DNA of 64,000 bases from Gnetum montanum (lineage: Eukaryota; Plantae; Gnetophyta): assembly GCA_015680685.1 (NCBI GenBank), contig MNCI01003467.1:327564-391563 (forward strand), written 5' to 3'. The position numbers and the translations under genes were made by a program. Below the pieces are notes generated by a model. That model made no database searches, was not told the DNA's origin, and saw nothing but the letters and a program-made list of their open reading frames with translations. Below, in pieces: positions 24,932-39,200 of this stretch; position 1 is the first letter of the stretch, and the number at the start of each line of letters is the position of its first letter.

Positions 24932-25440
24932 CATTTGGCATCATTGGATCATCATTTAACATCGTTTGGCATCATTGGATCATCATTTAACATCATTTGG
25001 CATCATTGGATCATCATTTAACATCATTTGGCATCATTGGATTATCATTAGACATCATTTGTTGTCATTTGGTATCATTTGACATCATTTTCAGCATTTT
25101 TGTCATCATTTGGTCCTTATTTAACCTTTTTGACATGATTTAACCTAATTTGACCTTGTACTATCATACCTCATTCAACTTCATTTGATGTCATTTGGAC
25201 CATCATATGGCCTCATTTGATATCATTTAACCATCATTTGACATCATTTGATATCATTTGACAACATTTGATATCATTTGACAACATTTAACTTTATTTA
25301 ATAATGTCTTATGCCATTTTGACATCATTTGACCATGTTTGACATCATTTGTAGCCATTTAACATCATTTTTACATATTTTTGATCTTGTTTTGCCTTAG
25401 TTTGACCTTGTATTACACCATGTGACATCATTTGATACTT
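24932..25440. repeat. Tandem array of ~10-bp CATCATTTRR monomers with a 31-bp higher-order unit
   Basis: CATTTGGCATCATTGGATCATCATTTAACAT begins at 24932, 24963, 24994 and 25025, followed by degenerate monomers. Confidence 0.9.
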
Positions 25441-25749
25441 GTTCCACCCTATTCAACCTTAAACTACCATTTTATTTTGAATAGGGTGTAATACAAGGTC
25501 ATACTTGTTTTGCCTTAGTTTGACCTTGTATTACACCCTATTCAACCTTAAACTACCATTTTTGGCCTTTGTTAATCACATTATGGCCTTATTTTACCTT
25601 GGTTAGCCTAATTTTACTTGGTTTTGGCCATGATTACTTTATTAGTATACTTTATTACTATACCATTTTTGCATGATTATAGCATTATTCAATAGTTTTA
25701 TCATATAAATATTATTTAATGTCCTTCTTTTGACATGTAGGGCTGAAAC

Positions 25750-28460
25750 ATGGCCATGTTGGAATAAGTTAACTTACTTTTGAACCTAAGTGAATCACAT
25801 GGTGACATCGTATGATCAATTAATCTTAATTGCATAGACCTTGAACCCAAGAACCTATTTGACTATATAGTCTCAATAGAGAAGTCCTTAGAATGGCCGA
25901 ACTACATAGTTAAAATCCTTGACTTAGAGATTGGTGATATTATTAAAGACTCTCTTGTTAAAATTCCCATTACAACCCATATTGGTGAGGAGCAAATGCT
26001 AAAACTAAGTTTTCCACTAGAACTCAAATGGCCCAAGAATCCACCAAGGTCCTTTAGAACAAGATTAAAGACTTTGTTTGGTTATACGAAGACATGCTAG
26101 GACTACCACTATGTTTTTTATCTCAATACTTATAGATAAGCTACAACCCATGCAACACTTACTTAAGAAGGGAGTTCATTATGAGTGGACTAACCGGTGC
26201 CAAGAAGCCTTTGACAACATTAAGAAAGGGTTGGCCCAACTACCCACTATGTATCTACCTTAAAAAGATAAATCATTTTACATCTACCTTGCAATCTCTA
26301 ACACATCCATAGCCTCTTGACTCTTTGAAAATGAGATGATGGAACAAAGCTACTCATATACTACTTGATCCATGCATTGATAGCTTACAAGGACTGATAC
26401 ATAGAGGTTGAGAAGTATTGTCTAGCCCTAGTCTTCTCCATGAATAAGTGGAGACAATAACGCTTTAGGAGATGGGTTAATGTCATATGTAAGGATACTA
26501 TACTAAGAGCCATAATCACCAATATATATGACAGTAGCTATATAGCCTGATGGAAGGTCATAATAGCTGAGTTCGACCTACATTACATCTCCCAAGGCTC
26601 AATGAAGGGTCAAGCTATAGTCATGCAACTCACAGTTTCCTTGGTTAAGAACAATGCAACCATTGATCCTAAGTTCCCTGATGAGCATATCAACATTTTC
26701 AATGAGGTAATTGAGGGTTACAAGGTAATCATGCACTTTCATAGAGCCTCAACTGCCCATGGGACTAGTGCTACTACCATCATAACTTTCTCCTCTGGTG
26801 TGATCCAACCTTTCACCTATCATTTTCAATTTCCATGTACCAACAAAGTGGCAGAATATGAATGGTTAATGAGAGAAATGATGATAGCCTGTAACTAGGG
26901 AATCAAATGCTTGATGGTAAAAGATGATTTACAACTTGTGGTTAACCAAGTAACCAAGGTTTATGCATGCAATTCAAACATTTATAATCTTATTATGACC
27001 TAGCTAAGAAACTTGTCCAACAATTTATGGATATTGACATCCAACATATAACTTGAACTAAAAATAGCTTAAATGATGCCATTACAATCTTAGCCCTAAG
27101 TGTGATAGTAGATGTGTTTAGCAAGTTACCTTCCATAATGGAGACCAATTCTCTTCCCATTATGAAGAATACCAAAGATCTCTCTATAGCCACTATCAAT
27201 AATTTTCATCAAAAGGAATGGTATGATTATATAAATTTCTATCTAATTCATGGTGAACTTTCACAAAACATGACTACTTCTCAAAAGAACACTATACATA
27301 ATAGATCAAAATCATATATCATTGTGGCTAATAACACACTATGTCAAAGGTTCTATTATGACATATTGCTAGTGTGCTTGGGAAAAATTGAAGCTCACAC
27401 AATCCTTGGGCAACTTTATGAAGGTGTATGTGGAAGACATATAGGACCTAGAATCATGGACATAAAGATTAGATGATTTTAATACTATTGGCTCTATATG
27501 AAAAGAACCTCCTTGTAGAAGGTTAAAACTTATGATACTTGTCAATGACATAGCAACTTAATATACATACCACCAACTAAGTTACATACTACTTAGATAA
27601 CGTAGCTATTTTAATGGTGGGGAATTGATATTATTGAATCTATAATCCCTACATCTTATGTAGGTCATAGCTTTATCATCACGATAGCCAAATATTTTAT
27701 GAAGGGGGTTGAGGCTATTCCTTTAAGGAAAATAACATCCCAATAAGTTTGTAAATTCATACTAGATAACATTGTGTCCCATTTTGGCATACCTCTAAAT
27801 ATAGTCATAGATAATGGACCATAGTTTAGTAGTCATGAGATGCAAGCCTTTTGTGACCAACTAGGCATTAAAAACTCCTTCTCTTCACAATACTATCCTT
27901 AATCCAATGGGAAAGTTGAAGTAAGCAACAAAGTCGTTATAAACTTTCTCAAAATGATGCTAAAAATTAGTAGACATAATTGGAATGAATGGCTTATACA
28001 TGCATCATGGACATATAGAACAACCTTTTAAACTACAACTAGTGTCATCATGTATAGTCTTTTCTATGGATCCAAAGCTATTTTACCTCTTGAACTACAG
28101 GTACCATCCTTAAGGGTGGCTCTATCTGATGTCATTAATGATAAACAGAATAAGGAGCTACATATCATCAATCTCAATTAGGTGGAGAAATGAATACAGA
28201 CATTGGCTTACATCAAATGATATCAAGAGAGGTAGAAACAACAACATCATCATGATCTGAATAGATGAAAATTCAAGAAAGGAGACCTTTTTCTTAAGGT
28301 CATTTGTGAACATGCAAACAAGTTCTCAATCAATTGGAATGGATCTTTCTTGGTTATTGAAGCCTATAGTAATGGGTTATTTAAACTAGCAGACATGGAT
28401 GGAAATGAATTGGCCAACCCAATCAATCATTCCTATATCAAACCTTATTCTATCTATTGC
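25750..28460 (+). pseudogene. pol: Tat/Ogre pol remnant: pre-RT linker, RT connection, RNase H, archaeal-type RNase H, integrase
   Basis: Motifs FVWLYEDMLGL; YEWTNRCQEAFDNIK; EVEKYCLALVF; KGQAI; MHFHRAS...FPCTNKVAEYE; YEGVCGRHIG; WGIDII; YYP*SNGKVEVSNK; WNGSFLV. Confidence 0.9.
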
Positions 28461-31400
28461 TAACTTGTTTTTCTATAGTTATTTTTTTTATTTGCAAATA
28501 TTCATGGATGATCAATGTCAATAACCTTTGTAGCCTATAACAAGTGAGCCTATGTAACCCCTCGTTCTTTCTATTTTTGGCATGATAGATGAACTACAAA
28601 CTTTGCATAAGTTTGTATAACAAAAGATAAGTTTCTCATATTATACCTATTATAGCCTATGGTGACCTATATTCCACTTGTTCTCTCATGTAGCCATATG
28701 CAAAACATTGTAAGCACATGAACTATTTGATGTGTCTTGTTGTAGTCTTGGAGTTGTGCTTGTAGGATGAAACCTAAAGTCATCATACAGGTATGACTCA
28801 CCACAACAGCAAGTTACCAAGTAGTCTTGATATGTGAGGTTTAGTTAGCTTGTCTCACTATGTCAAGAGTACGTGCCTCACATTACCTCTATTACCTCTC
28901 TTAAGTCATACTCCTATAGAAAAATTATAGCCTTCCTCACCCTAATAATTATAATGACTTATGTTTGACATTCATGGAATGTGGTCATGTGACATATCCT
29001 TTGATATGCTCCATCATTAAGTTTGTTGAATGTAACACATCTCATTCAATGAGAAAAAAAGGCACTATTCAACCTTAACAATAAATCCCAATCAAGATTT
29101 CACCCCTAAAAAATCAAAAGATTGGAGAATAAAATTGACAAGAGAGCCAAGAAGCCAATGAAGCCTAAAAGCCAAATCATCAACTCCAAAAAAAAATGAA
29201 GGAAACTAATAACCAAAGAAATCCAAGAAAACCATGAAGTGAAGTATTGGTTCCTCAAGTATATTACCAAATGACCAGTACTTTGAAGCACAAAAAATTG
29301 AGACTACATCAATCAACAAATATTTCACCACCATACCATGACAATGATGTCAACATTTAAAAATTTTTATTAACACATTTGGCCATCCTTGATAACCACT
29401 ATAGCCTTTTTTTTTCCTATCAAAATAATAACACTTCATTTTGACCTTATTTCACCATTGCAAACACTCCTTGGCATGGTTCAACAACTATAACATTAAG
29501 CATGGAGAGGGAGCATTGGTGATGAAAATGTGGTGATGTCTTGAATTTTTTGTTAATGTTTCTTAGGTCAATATTCATAACATTAACAAAGAGGAGCCAA
29601 TGAAACACCCAAAATAAAATTTACATTTACATATGTAGCCTAATAGCTAGAGTATTTACATTGTTATTTAATGGGAATATCAAAGGTAGACATAATTACC
29701 CATTTTTCCATTAAAAATTCCACCTTGTGGCTTTTTCTCAAACTTAGTTTGAATAGTTTCTATGCACAAAGATGTAATTTGCAGCTTACAAGCTGAAAGT
29801 CTCATTCAAGCTAGCATATAGAGGCCAAAAATGTAAATACACTACCAAAATCTAGTACCAAAAGCCAAGATGTTAGTAGCTTATACACTAGGAAAATAGC
29901 CAAAAAATGCTACCAAGATTAGTAGGAAAAGCTCTATACACTGGAGGTTCCTAAACTGCAAATTTGGATGGTGGAATGCCAATTGCACTGGCATAACAAT
30001 GGTCAAAAGTTCATATACGCTGGCATGTATGCTGATGAGAAATTCCAATTGCGCTAAAATTTTGGGCAAGAGCCCAAATTATACTAGCATTTACACATTG
30101 TAGATTACACTTGTCAAAATCATTTGACACACTGCAATAATCAACCAGCAATCAATAATGTGAAATAAATAGTGCTCCAACCTACTTAAGCTAGCATCTT
30201 AAACATCTTTGGGACCTTTTAGAATTTCTACAAACTCAAGATGAACCAAAGACATTCAAAGTAGTGAAAATTTCAAAAGTCCATAACCATCATGAAACAC
30301 AACCCAAAATTACATGTTTCAACCTTTATGACCTTCACCCCATCAAACCTAAAGCTATACGTCATTATAAATGTGAAGATTATAATCCATGAGGAGCAAT
30401 TTCACATGCTTTATACTTCTAGGTTTAAAAATGCCTCATAAGTGGTTAAAGCCTCATCCTCCAAGTGGAAAAAGCTATGTATTACCTATATTTTGGCTTG
30501 GGGAAGTTAAAAATGCCTTTTGGGGTGCCAAAAATGGCAATTTGATGGGTTCTATGGAGGGTATAACACTTTTTACACTAGAGATGTATGCATGGGAGGT
30601 GTAGTTCGCCTACCCCCTAGTGTGGAGGGTGGTCTCGCCCCCCTAGTGTAGAAGCAACATGGATTAGATTTCAACACTCTATTAACTTCAACATTGATTG
30701 TGCACTCTGACAAGGATGGTAGAAGATTCAACATGGAAGAACAAAGCTAGCATGTATGGTGTGTCCCTGTTACTATTTTTGGTAAATAAAATGGCCATGG
30801 CGATGTCACACCCTCTATACATAGTAACCCCATAAAATTTTGGCATCCACCTTACCTTTACGTGGCAAAGATTTGCAACAAAATCACAACCATTTTTCAG
30901 CCTATTCCATGGCCCAAAACCTATAAAAAGCAACCCCAAATACCATTTTGAGGTTTCACACTTTAGCATACTTTGAGCATTGGCATCTTGACAATTGAGA
31001 GATCTTGCACACCAACAAAAACATAGCTTCTCAAAACCCATCAATGTGGAACCATTTTAGCCTTGTGATCCCTATTACTCTCCTTGGGATTTGTGAACTT
31101 TGGGCATCAATGCTACACTCCTAGGATCCTCAATGCCCAACATAGAGCATTGTGGTAGCCAAAATCCCTCACACTTATCAACCCCCTAGCAGTAGCCTAC
31201 ATTGCAAATTTGGACCAATAGCAGAGAAGGTTTAATAACATTGGGAGTGACAAAGCATCCAGATCGTAGAGTGGATTACATCAGCTTCAATGGACTCTGA
31301 AGCCCCACTCAAGTAAATCTTCCTTTGCTCTCCGATGAGCACATCTTGTACAAATCAATCAAACTTGTTCTTTCTTTTTTTAATAAAGTTTAAAGTTTTA

Positions 31401-32372
31401 TCTTTGTGTGCAATTTTTATTTTCTTTCAATTTTTTAGAATTTTAATTTTTACATTTTATTTTTACAACCTTATTTACCCTCTTAAGTCCCTGGATGATC
31501 TACCAAATTGTCTAGGGCATCCTAAATCTCATTTTTTGAAGGCCCTAGGGATTTGAGGTTAAAGCTATTTTGGCTAATATTTTCAATGTTACAGTGATGA
31601 AATTTTTTAGTTAATGTTTTCTGGAGCTAGAAGAAACACCTTTGCTCGATTTCTATATCAAAATCTACTTGCCCCAGTGCTAGCATTGCCTTATAGTTCT
31701 AAATCTACATTTTTCTTAGCAAAAACCTTAAATACCGAATGCTATCACTTACCCCCTCCTACAATAGAAACTTCAACATGGAAGTTGTAGGTGTTTGGGT
31801 GTTGGATTTTCATAGCACCCACTATGAATTTCCAAGCCAAAGCTAGCATTGATAACTCATTGTAACCATTCCACCTATTGCTATCATATTTTCTCAAAAA
31901 ATTATACATTAGTGGTTTCAATAGCCAAACCCCTAGTCCCGTCATCCATCTCCGCCCCCACATAGCCCCCCGCCTAACTTCCTTACTGTAAAAATTAGCA
32001 ATTTGCCAAAACTATTTTGTGGTGAAAAGCCCCAAGTTTCCACTTTAGTTCTAAACCCCTCCTTTGCCCAAGTTGGCTAGGAATATGTGAGATCTTCCTA
32101 TGTTACCCACTCCCTTCATTTCCTCCTACTCCACCCAACGTAGGAGTAGCTAAGAAGCCTAGTGTGGGTGAGGTTTGGTACCACCTTGTTACCTTATCAT
32201 TTTTAGCAAAGGGGTATACCCCCCTTGATCCCCAACTTACTATTTATAGCAAGTAGCCCATTATTAGCTATTTTTGGCTTCTTTTAACCATTTTTGAATT
32301 CCACTTGCGAGAACCTTCTCTTTTTCTTCCATCTTTTACAATTTTTTTCAAGTTATTTTCAACATCATAGTC

Positions 32373-35300
32373 ATGTCTTTCCAATAGTCAACCAAGTTCC
32401 CCTTCGATTTCACTGACAGCAGGTCCAACCAACAAGCCATAAGGATATATGACCCCAAGGATCCTACCGTAGCCAAATGTAGATAGTCTTTGAGACTTAG
32501 GGGGAAAAGTCCTAGGTTCTTGGTAATAAATGAAAAACACTACAACCTTATTTATGCTAAGATCTAGGATATCATGCTGATTCCATGAATGAAAGTAGAA
32601 GTCAAGAGGGAGTTTAATCTTATACATTATAATGGAAAGGACTATATTCATTCCCCATATGACCAAATATTCCTCATCAACATCTATGCTTGCATCCTAG
32701 CTCACCTGATTGAGATAGAGGAAGAGGACCAAAAGGCTACCTTAGATGGAAGATTAGAGAGGAAGGTGAATTCAGGATAGAATTTGAGCCCAAAAACATC
32801 TTGAGTGCAATTTTTCAACAAGTCACTTGTAAGAAAATATGGCCTTCCTCCACCCCCTTGGTCTCTTCCACAAAGCATGTTCCACCACCTTCATCCCTAC
32901 CTTACCTAACCATGTTTGGTCCTACACTAGTCATCACTATGCACCAAACACAATTGGTGTCACAGTCAACCATGCTTCATTTCTCTATGTCATTCACCAC
33001 CTAGTTGTAGTCCATATGAAATTTATTAGTCGTTATCACCATTGCCAATCCATTGACTAACCAAGTGGAGCCCACCATGGGACCCTAAGAAACCCAAGGA
33101 TTGCATACCTCCTTTACTTTGTTTGTGCCTTAGATACCAATACAAATGCCTTTCTCCTTGTTTGGCCCACCAACCATAATGATAAGACAACCTCTCCCTT
33201 CTATTTTACAACCAATGGGAAGGCCCCAGGTCTACCAACAAACATTGTAGCCATTTTTCCAAACTTCACAACCAGCAGAGGCATCCCATGGACTAGATCA
33301 GGCCTTTCAAATGATTTAGGACTTGAGTAGAAAATTATGGAAACTTGAGGCCTTCTTTTCACAGATTGTGAAGATAATGGACTTTTATCAAGATGATCCC
33401 ATCAATCCCATGATCTCACTGCTAACTCTTCCCCCTGGTATCCCTATTCCCCATTTCACCAAGTATAATGATGAAGGTGATTTGAATGTCCCTCTATTTA
33501 CCTTCTGCTCCAAGTACTTGTTGTTACAATCATGATTGCACACCATAATGAGAGTTTTCCCTATGTCCTTGATTGGGAAAGCACTTGATTGGTACTATGC
33601 CCTACTTAAATGATCTATATCCTCTCTTGAGGTCCTGATAGTCCAATTTTTTAACCACTTTAATTATAACTTAAAGCCTGACACTATGCTTCACCAATTG
33701 ATGAAGGTCAAGTAGGAATGCCTTGAACTAGTGTAGAAGTTCATCCAATAGTGATATGGTCTACTAAATGAGATACCATCAAGAGGATGGTCACCAATTT
33801 TATTAAATCTAAGCTGTACAAGCTTGACCTGCAATCACTTAGTCAAGCCTTCTCTTAGAAAAAAAACATAGAGGATGCCATAAAGGCTAGTCATAACCCT
33901 GCTTAGATGGCATAAGAAAATCAACATACATGAAGACATACAAATAAGGGCAAGAAGAACAATGTGGCAATAGCAACTATAACCAAAGAAGTCAAAATAA
34001 CCAACTAAACACTAAGGGCCAACCCACCCAAAGCCCCTGCCAACAACCAAGATAGCCAACCATTGATCTTTAGAGCCACTACATCAACCATAACTAAACC
34101 AAACTTTGAGTAAAAGGATAGGAAGAAATATACCACTTTTCCTCTAAAGCCATCTAAACTCTTGGATCAACTATTAAAGAGTGGAAGGATCTAATGCAAG
34201 CATATGTTTTAAGCTACTCATAAAAAACATGAAAGGCTATGTGAGATAGCCTAGGATCCCACTCGAGCAACCAAGGATGATCCCTAGTTGTCCAAGTATT
34301 TCAAACTCAACTACTTCTGCCACTACCATCAATTGCTTGGTCATGACACTAACTTCTACCTCACATTGAAGGATGACCTGCAAAAGATGATAGACATCGA
34401 TGAGTTAATCCTTAATGCATCTAATCCTATTTGACCATAAAATAAAGTGATGTAAGTGTACAAGGATCCATTCAATGTCAATAATAGTACATACATCATA
34501 TTGGTGTTCAACATTGATGACAATCAAAGACCTATAAGGAAACCATTTATGATTCATATACCCCCTCACGATGAAAGGACCTCTTCAACTTCCACTAGCT
34601 CAAGACCCACTTTTGTTGTGAGATTGTCATCACAAATGCCTCCAAGGGAGCCTTTCATCATTAGGGTGCCCTAATCCACTATAATCCAACCAACCCATAT
34701 AGCTGAACAACGGCCTCCCATGGTGGCAAATGCTACAACTTCTTCCTCCCACACAACCGATAACAACCACAAGGCCTCAACTAAGTAAAGGAAGAAGACT
34801 AAGCATAAGATTAATAATAAATATGAAAAGTATGCCAATTTAGGGAAGGAAGTGGACTTTCCAAAGCTCACTCCTATATCCTTAGTACCCATGACTTCTA
34901 CAACCCAAGCTACTTTCACAACCAAATCACAAGAGAACCGTAAGAGCTAAGATAAAAAGAAAATATAGAAAGCCACAACAACCTAAGTATAAAGTTCATA
35001 TTTTGAGGTGCATGAAGGAAGTACAGCACAACTAGGGCAACAATCCCATGACCAATGATAAGAACTTCCTTGGTGCAATGGAATAGGTTAGGCAGTCCCT
35101 CAAGCAAAAGAACACAACTTTGATTCTTTAAAACCTAATCATGACTTTTACTAGGTACTAGTAAAGATGTTGAATTTCATTCCCATTAGTGAGGACATCC
35201 CCACTAATGAGAAATCCATCCATGCATTGATGATTCCTTCTTAGCTAAGGGAGAAGAAGTCAACATTGCTAGTGTTTTGTGATAGCAAAATCAAGATCAA

Positions 35301-35520
35301 TCCTTAAAATGGCAAGGTAACTAGGGCTCCTATTTTCATCACAATTTGGGTAGGGTAGTGAAGAATGATAATGGTGGAAAATGGGATGTAGTATGGGATG
35401 AACTCCCTTTCAATATCATCAATGAAGGAAATGGTGAATACAAACTTGTGCAGAATAGGCCTTACACATTTGCTAATCTTTCAAAGATTAGGAAAAATCT
35501 ACATAGGTGTTGTACACCTT
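32373..35520 (+). pseudogene. gag: Tat/Ogre-type gag remnant of H; no recognisable PR/RT/RH
   Basis: LPPGIPIPHFTKYNDEGD, a Tat-type knuckle FCHYHQLLGHDT..YLTLK at ~34315-34371, and ISEDIPTNEKSIHAL followed by an INT C-terminal-like GNGEYKL. Confidence 0.75.
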
Positions 35521-35815
35521 AACCCTTTCACTCATTCCATTATGACCATGTAATCATATGTACCAATAGCCATGTAAACTAAATTTTCTTTGTTAACTTG
35601 TTATGCCTTTTTATATGCTTCATTTTAATCTTTTATGTATGCAACCTAAGGTTTTAATTTTGTTTACATTTTTACTTATTAAAGCCTTTCTCTTTCTTTA
35701 TCTTCCTTTTTAGTAGGTTATAAACATCAAAAACCTTACAAAAATTTTAAAACCAAAAAACACATAAAAAAATTTAAAATAGAAAACCACCAAAAATATT
35801 AGTTTCCTTACAACA

Positions 35816-35965
35816 TGGACCCTCCATGGCCTAAAACTAGCAAAGCCCATGGCCTTCCAAGACCTTAAACTAGCACTGCATTCTGGTAAGACTCTAAACT
35901 TACACTATGGCCTGCCATGGCCTTAAATTGGTGATGAATATATGGCTTGCCATGGCCTAAAAATG
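35816..35965. repeat. Degenerate ~34-bp tandem repeat (CCATGGCCTTAAACTAG core)
   Basis: Four to five recurrences of CCATGGCCT..AAA between gag and the antisense gene. Confidence 0.65.
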
Positions 35966-36299
35966 GAAAACAACCATCATCCTATAGCCATTCATAATCT
36001 TATAGTTTAACCATTTTCTACATAACCAACATAGCCATTCTCAACATAGTTATTTACAAAATTTATAGCCTTAAAACCTTAAAACTAAAATGTCATCAAC
36101 AACATATATAGCCAAAACTAAAACCAAAACATAAAATTTAAAACATTTAAATAATACATAGCCATATTAAAATAATAAACCATAAGTATCAAACTATGTA
36201 TGATTCAAACAATAAAACAATAAACCATAAGTATCAAACAATACATATGGCCAACATCGACCATATAACATCCAACATGAAAACTAAAATGAAATCAAC

Positions 36300-39200
36300 A
36301 ATAGGTGCTATCACATCAAGCATCTGGTGGTACTAACAGGGCATCCAAAGGAGGAGGTGATTAATAATCATCATTTCCATGATCATTGGGACAACCAACA
36401 TCACTTTATGCCTATGACACAACAACATACAATCAATCAATAACCAATAGACAAAACTATAACTTAAACAAATCCAAAATTAAAATTCAAAACATAAAAG
36501 CCATCAAACCTATGGGAGGTCTAGCTCTATAAACTCTCAAAGAAGATGTTGACAGTTAACCCAGAAACGATGGAGAATTTGAACTTCCATCACATTGGCC
36601 TAGTCAACATCCCAAAAATTATAGTGATCTAAGAAGTATGGGATTCAAATACTATGAGAGTGCTTTCAAATAGTTTGTAAGCATTCTCAACCTGAATTCC
36701 CTAAATGAACAACTCCATCTTATGTCATTCAAGTGTCTCCTTCTTTAACCACTTCAAGTATGCCTCTCAATCGACCTTATACTACCTCTTATGATCTTTT
36801 TGTATCCAACCCCACTCTAGAACCCAAGCACTATAATCCTTCTGTTCTTTGACCTTTCAGAAGACTAGGTTCATCTACATCTACTACTCAACTAGCTCCT
36901 TAACAAGGGCCACCTTATTATGGATGATGTGCTAGTAGTGGGCCCACATGATCTCTTTGGTCCATAAGTTCTTTGAGTTATCCACTTGGGCTTCCACAGA
37001 GACCTTATGATCCTCAAGATCCCTGATCCTCTTAGCTTTCCTTCTAATTTCCTTCCTCAAGACCATAACTTGCTCCCACAGGGATTTGATGCACCTCTAA
37101 AACTTCCATGAAGCTTTTTCACATGAAACTACAAGATTTATGATAGTTTTGTATAAATTCAAGGAGAGATTTTGAGTGTCAAGAGGAAGCTTAGGCAAAG
37201 AGTCCAATTCCATGCCTTAGGCCAAGTCCATGAAACTGATGGCATTTAAAACAACAAAACTATAATCATAAACATAATATACAACCTAAGATAGCCATAA
37301 CATGAAACATAACCATAGAAAAATGACTAAGGCATATTAAAAAATAGTTCTTACCAATTTCAGGTACAACCTATTGTAACCAATCAATGATGTCCTTGGC
37401 CAACCCATGCATGAATTCTATCTTGTCTAGGACCTCTATCCATTGCTTCATGTGAAACATGGATGTAGAAGCCTTTATTGGTGGCTCAAGAACTACAAAA
37501 TCATAAAAATAATCAAGAGGCTAGAACAAAACCCAAGCATAAAACCTTAAGCTATGACAAGTAGAGCTAAGGCATAAGCATACTTAGATCCTCATCCTCA
37601 TCATGCATGATGATTGAGGGCTCCCTGGACAATGGCTCACCAAACAAGGGATCTAGATCATCCATGTTAACATTGGCTAACCCTTCAACCTCATGATGCT
37701 ATAAGAGTGTATCCTTCACATGCCTTTGTTCTTCTACTACTACTACAGCCACACACCTTTGCTCCTTAGCAACACATTTATGCTCCTCCTCCACACTCAT
37801 TTGCTCTTCTTCTATTGTGGCAGCTTAAGTTGTCATCTTCTATTTCTGATTTGCATCCATAACCTATTAGACAAGGTTGAATATGTAGCCAAAAGATATA
37901 TAACATAACATAGCCAAAACATTAAAGATATAGCTAAACTTATCTACAACTGCCTGATGTCACTAGTTGAGCCTAAAGAGGATATTCTACTTGGTGGATG
38001 GCTATGATGCTGGTGGTGCTTTTTTTTTAAGCTATTTCAACTTGGCCGTAGCTATCCCATCAACCTAAAAATGCAACTATCAGGTCCTCTTAATGTTCAC
38101 TAGAATTTTCAAGAGCTCAACCCCCATGCTATCAAGGGGTTCATACCACTTATCATCAAATCCTTTGGTGGTAATATACAGCAAGTCTCCAATGTCCTTT
38201 GGTGGATTTTAGGCCTATATAGTTGGATAAAGATGCTTTATCCAAGGCCTAGAGAGTTGGTTTGGATCTTGGTGTATCCATCATCCATTTCTACTCACCA
38301 CCAACACTCTGTAAATCTCTTTAGATAACCTACAAAAAAATTGCATAATGCATGTGGATTATCATAGAGATGTCTTTGTGGAGTTTGAGGATTTTCTCCT
38401 TAATGACTATACCCAAGGAAGCATCCCAATTGAAATGAGTACCCTCAATCAAGACCTTCTTGAAGGTCCATCCTTGTGCAATACTGAATAACTTCTTCTA
38501 TGACAACAATTTAGGAAAGATGCATGATTGGAACAAAGGATAAGATTCCTTTACTTTAGAATTCATGAAGCCATCCAAGGCAAGTTTTGAGTGGTCCTTG
38601 TTGGTACCAAACCAATCTTCAACTTCCTCATGATAGTTGGCCTCCTTCACTAGTTTGGTGGCAACTACCATCCTATCGATGAGAACACCAAACAAGTCAT
38701 GGAAGGTTTTTCCACTAATGAAAATAACAATAAGTATGCCTCATACTATGGTGCAGAACACATTGGCTCCTACATCAAAGGAGTTGATGATGTTTAGCAT
38801 TAAGCAAACCAACATGTGCAATGTTTGTTTGGATGTTCTTAGACACCTTCTCCCTCAACCACTCTTGTGCCAACCCCACATCACTAAACTTTAGGATGAG
38901 AGTATTCGTGGAACATCCAAAAAGGGATATAGTAACATCAAAAGGAGTGGAAGGTCCTACAAGCTAATGATAATCACCTAGCATTAGTATAGGCATGTTT
39001 AGGCCATCGATTAAAACTATAGGACACTTAAGACCCAAATAGCTATAAAGCTTTATGTATAACATAAAAAGTCATTCTTATTCTTACCTTTCTTCTTCTT
39101 CCTTGGTGAAGCTTGTATAGAGGTTCTAGTGACAATGCCTTTATCTCTAATGGCCTTGGAGGCCACTCACTGACTTTGTGCTACTTTGGTAGCTACACAC

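Larger units (their letters stand above)
23350..29533 (+). mobile_element. Element G: Tat/Ogre-lineage remnant (LTR/leader-like DNA, tandem repeats, pol lacking the RT core, PPT, start of 3' LTR)
   Basis: RH-aRH-INT domain order, PPT GGAGAGGGAGCA at ~29504-29515 followed by TGGTG. No gag is visible upstream. Confidence 0.65.

Noticed and set aside
24932-25060. 31-bp repeats as a CRISPR array
   Set aside because: The units are head-to-tail with no unique spacers, there are no cas genes, and the context is a eukaryotic retroelement.
32128-32147. CCACCCAACGTAGG as the tRNA-Lys PBS of H
   Set aside because: It lacks the 5' TGG and an adjacent LTR-terminal CA, so it is too degenerate to call.
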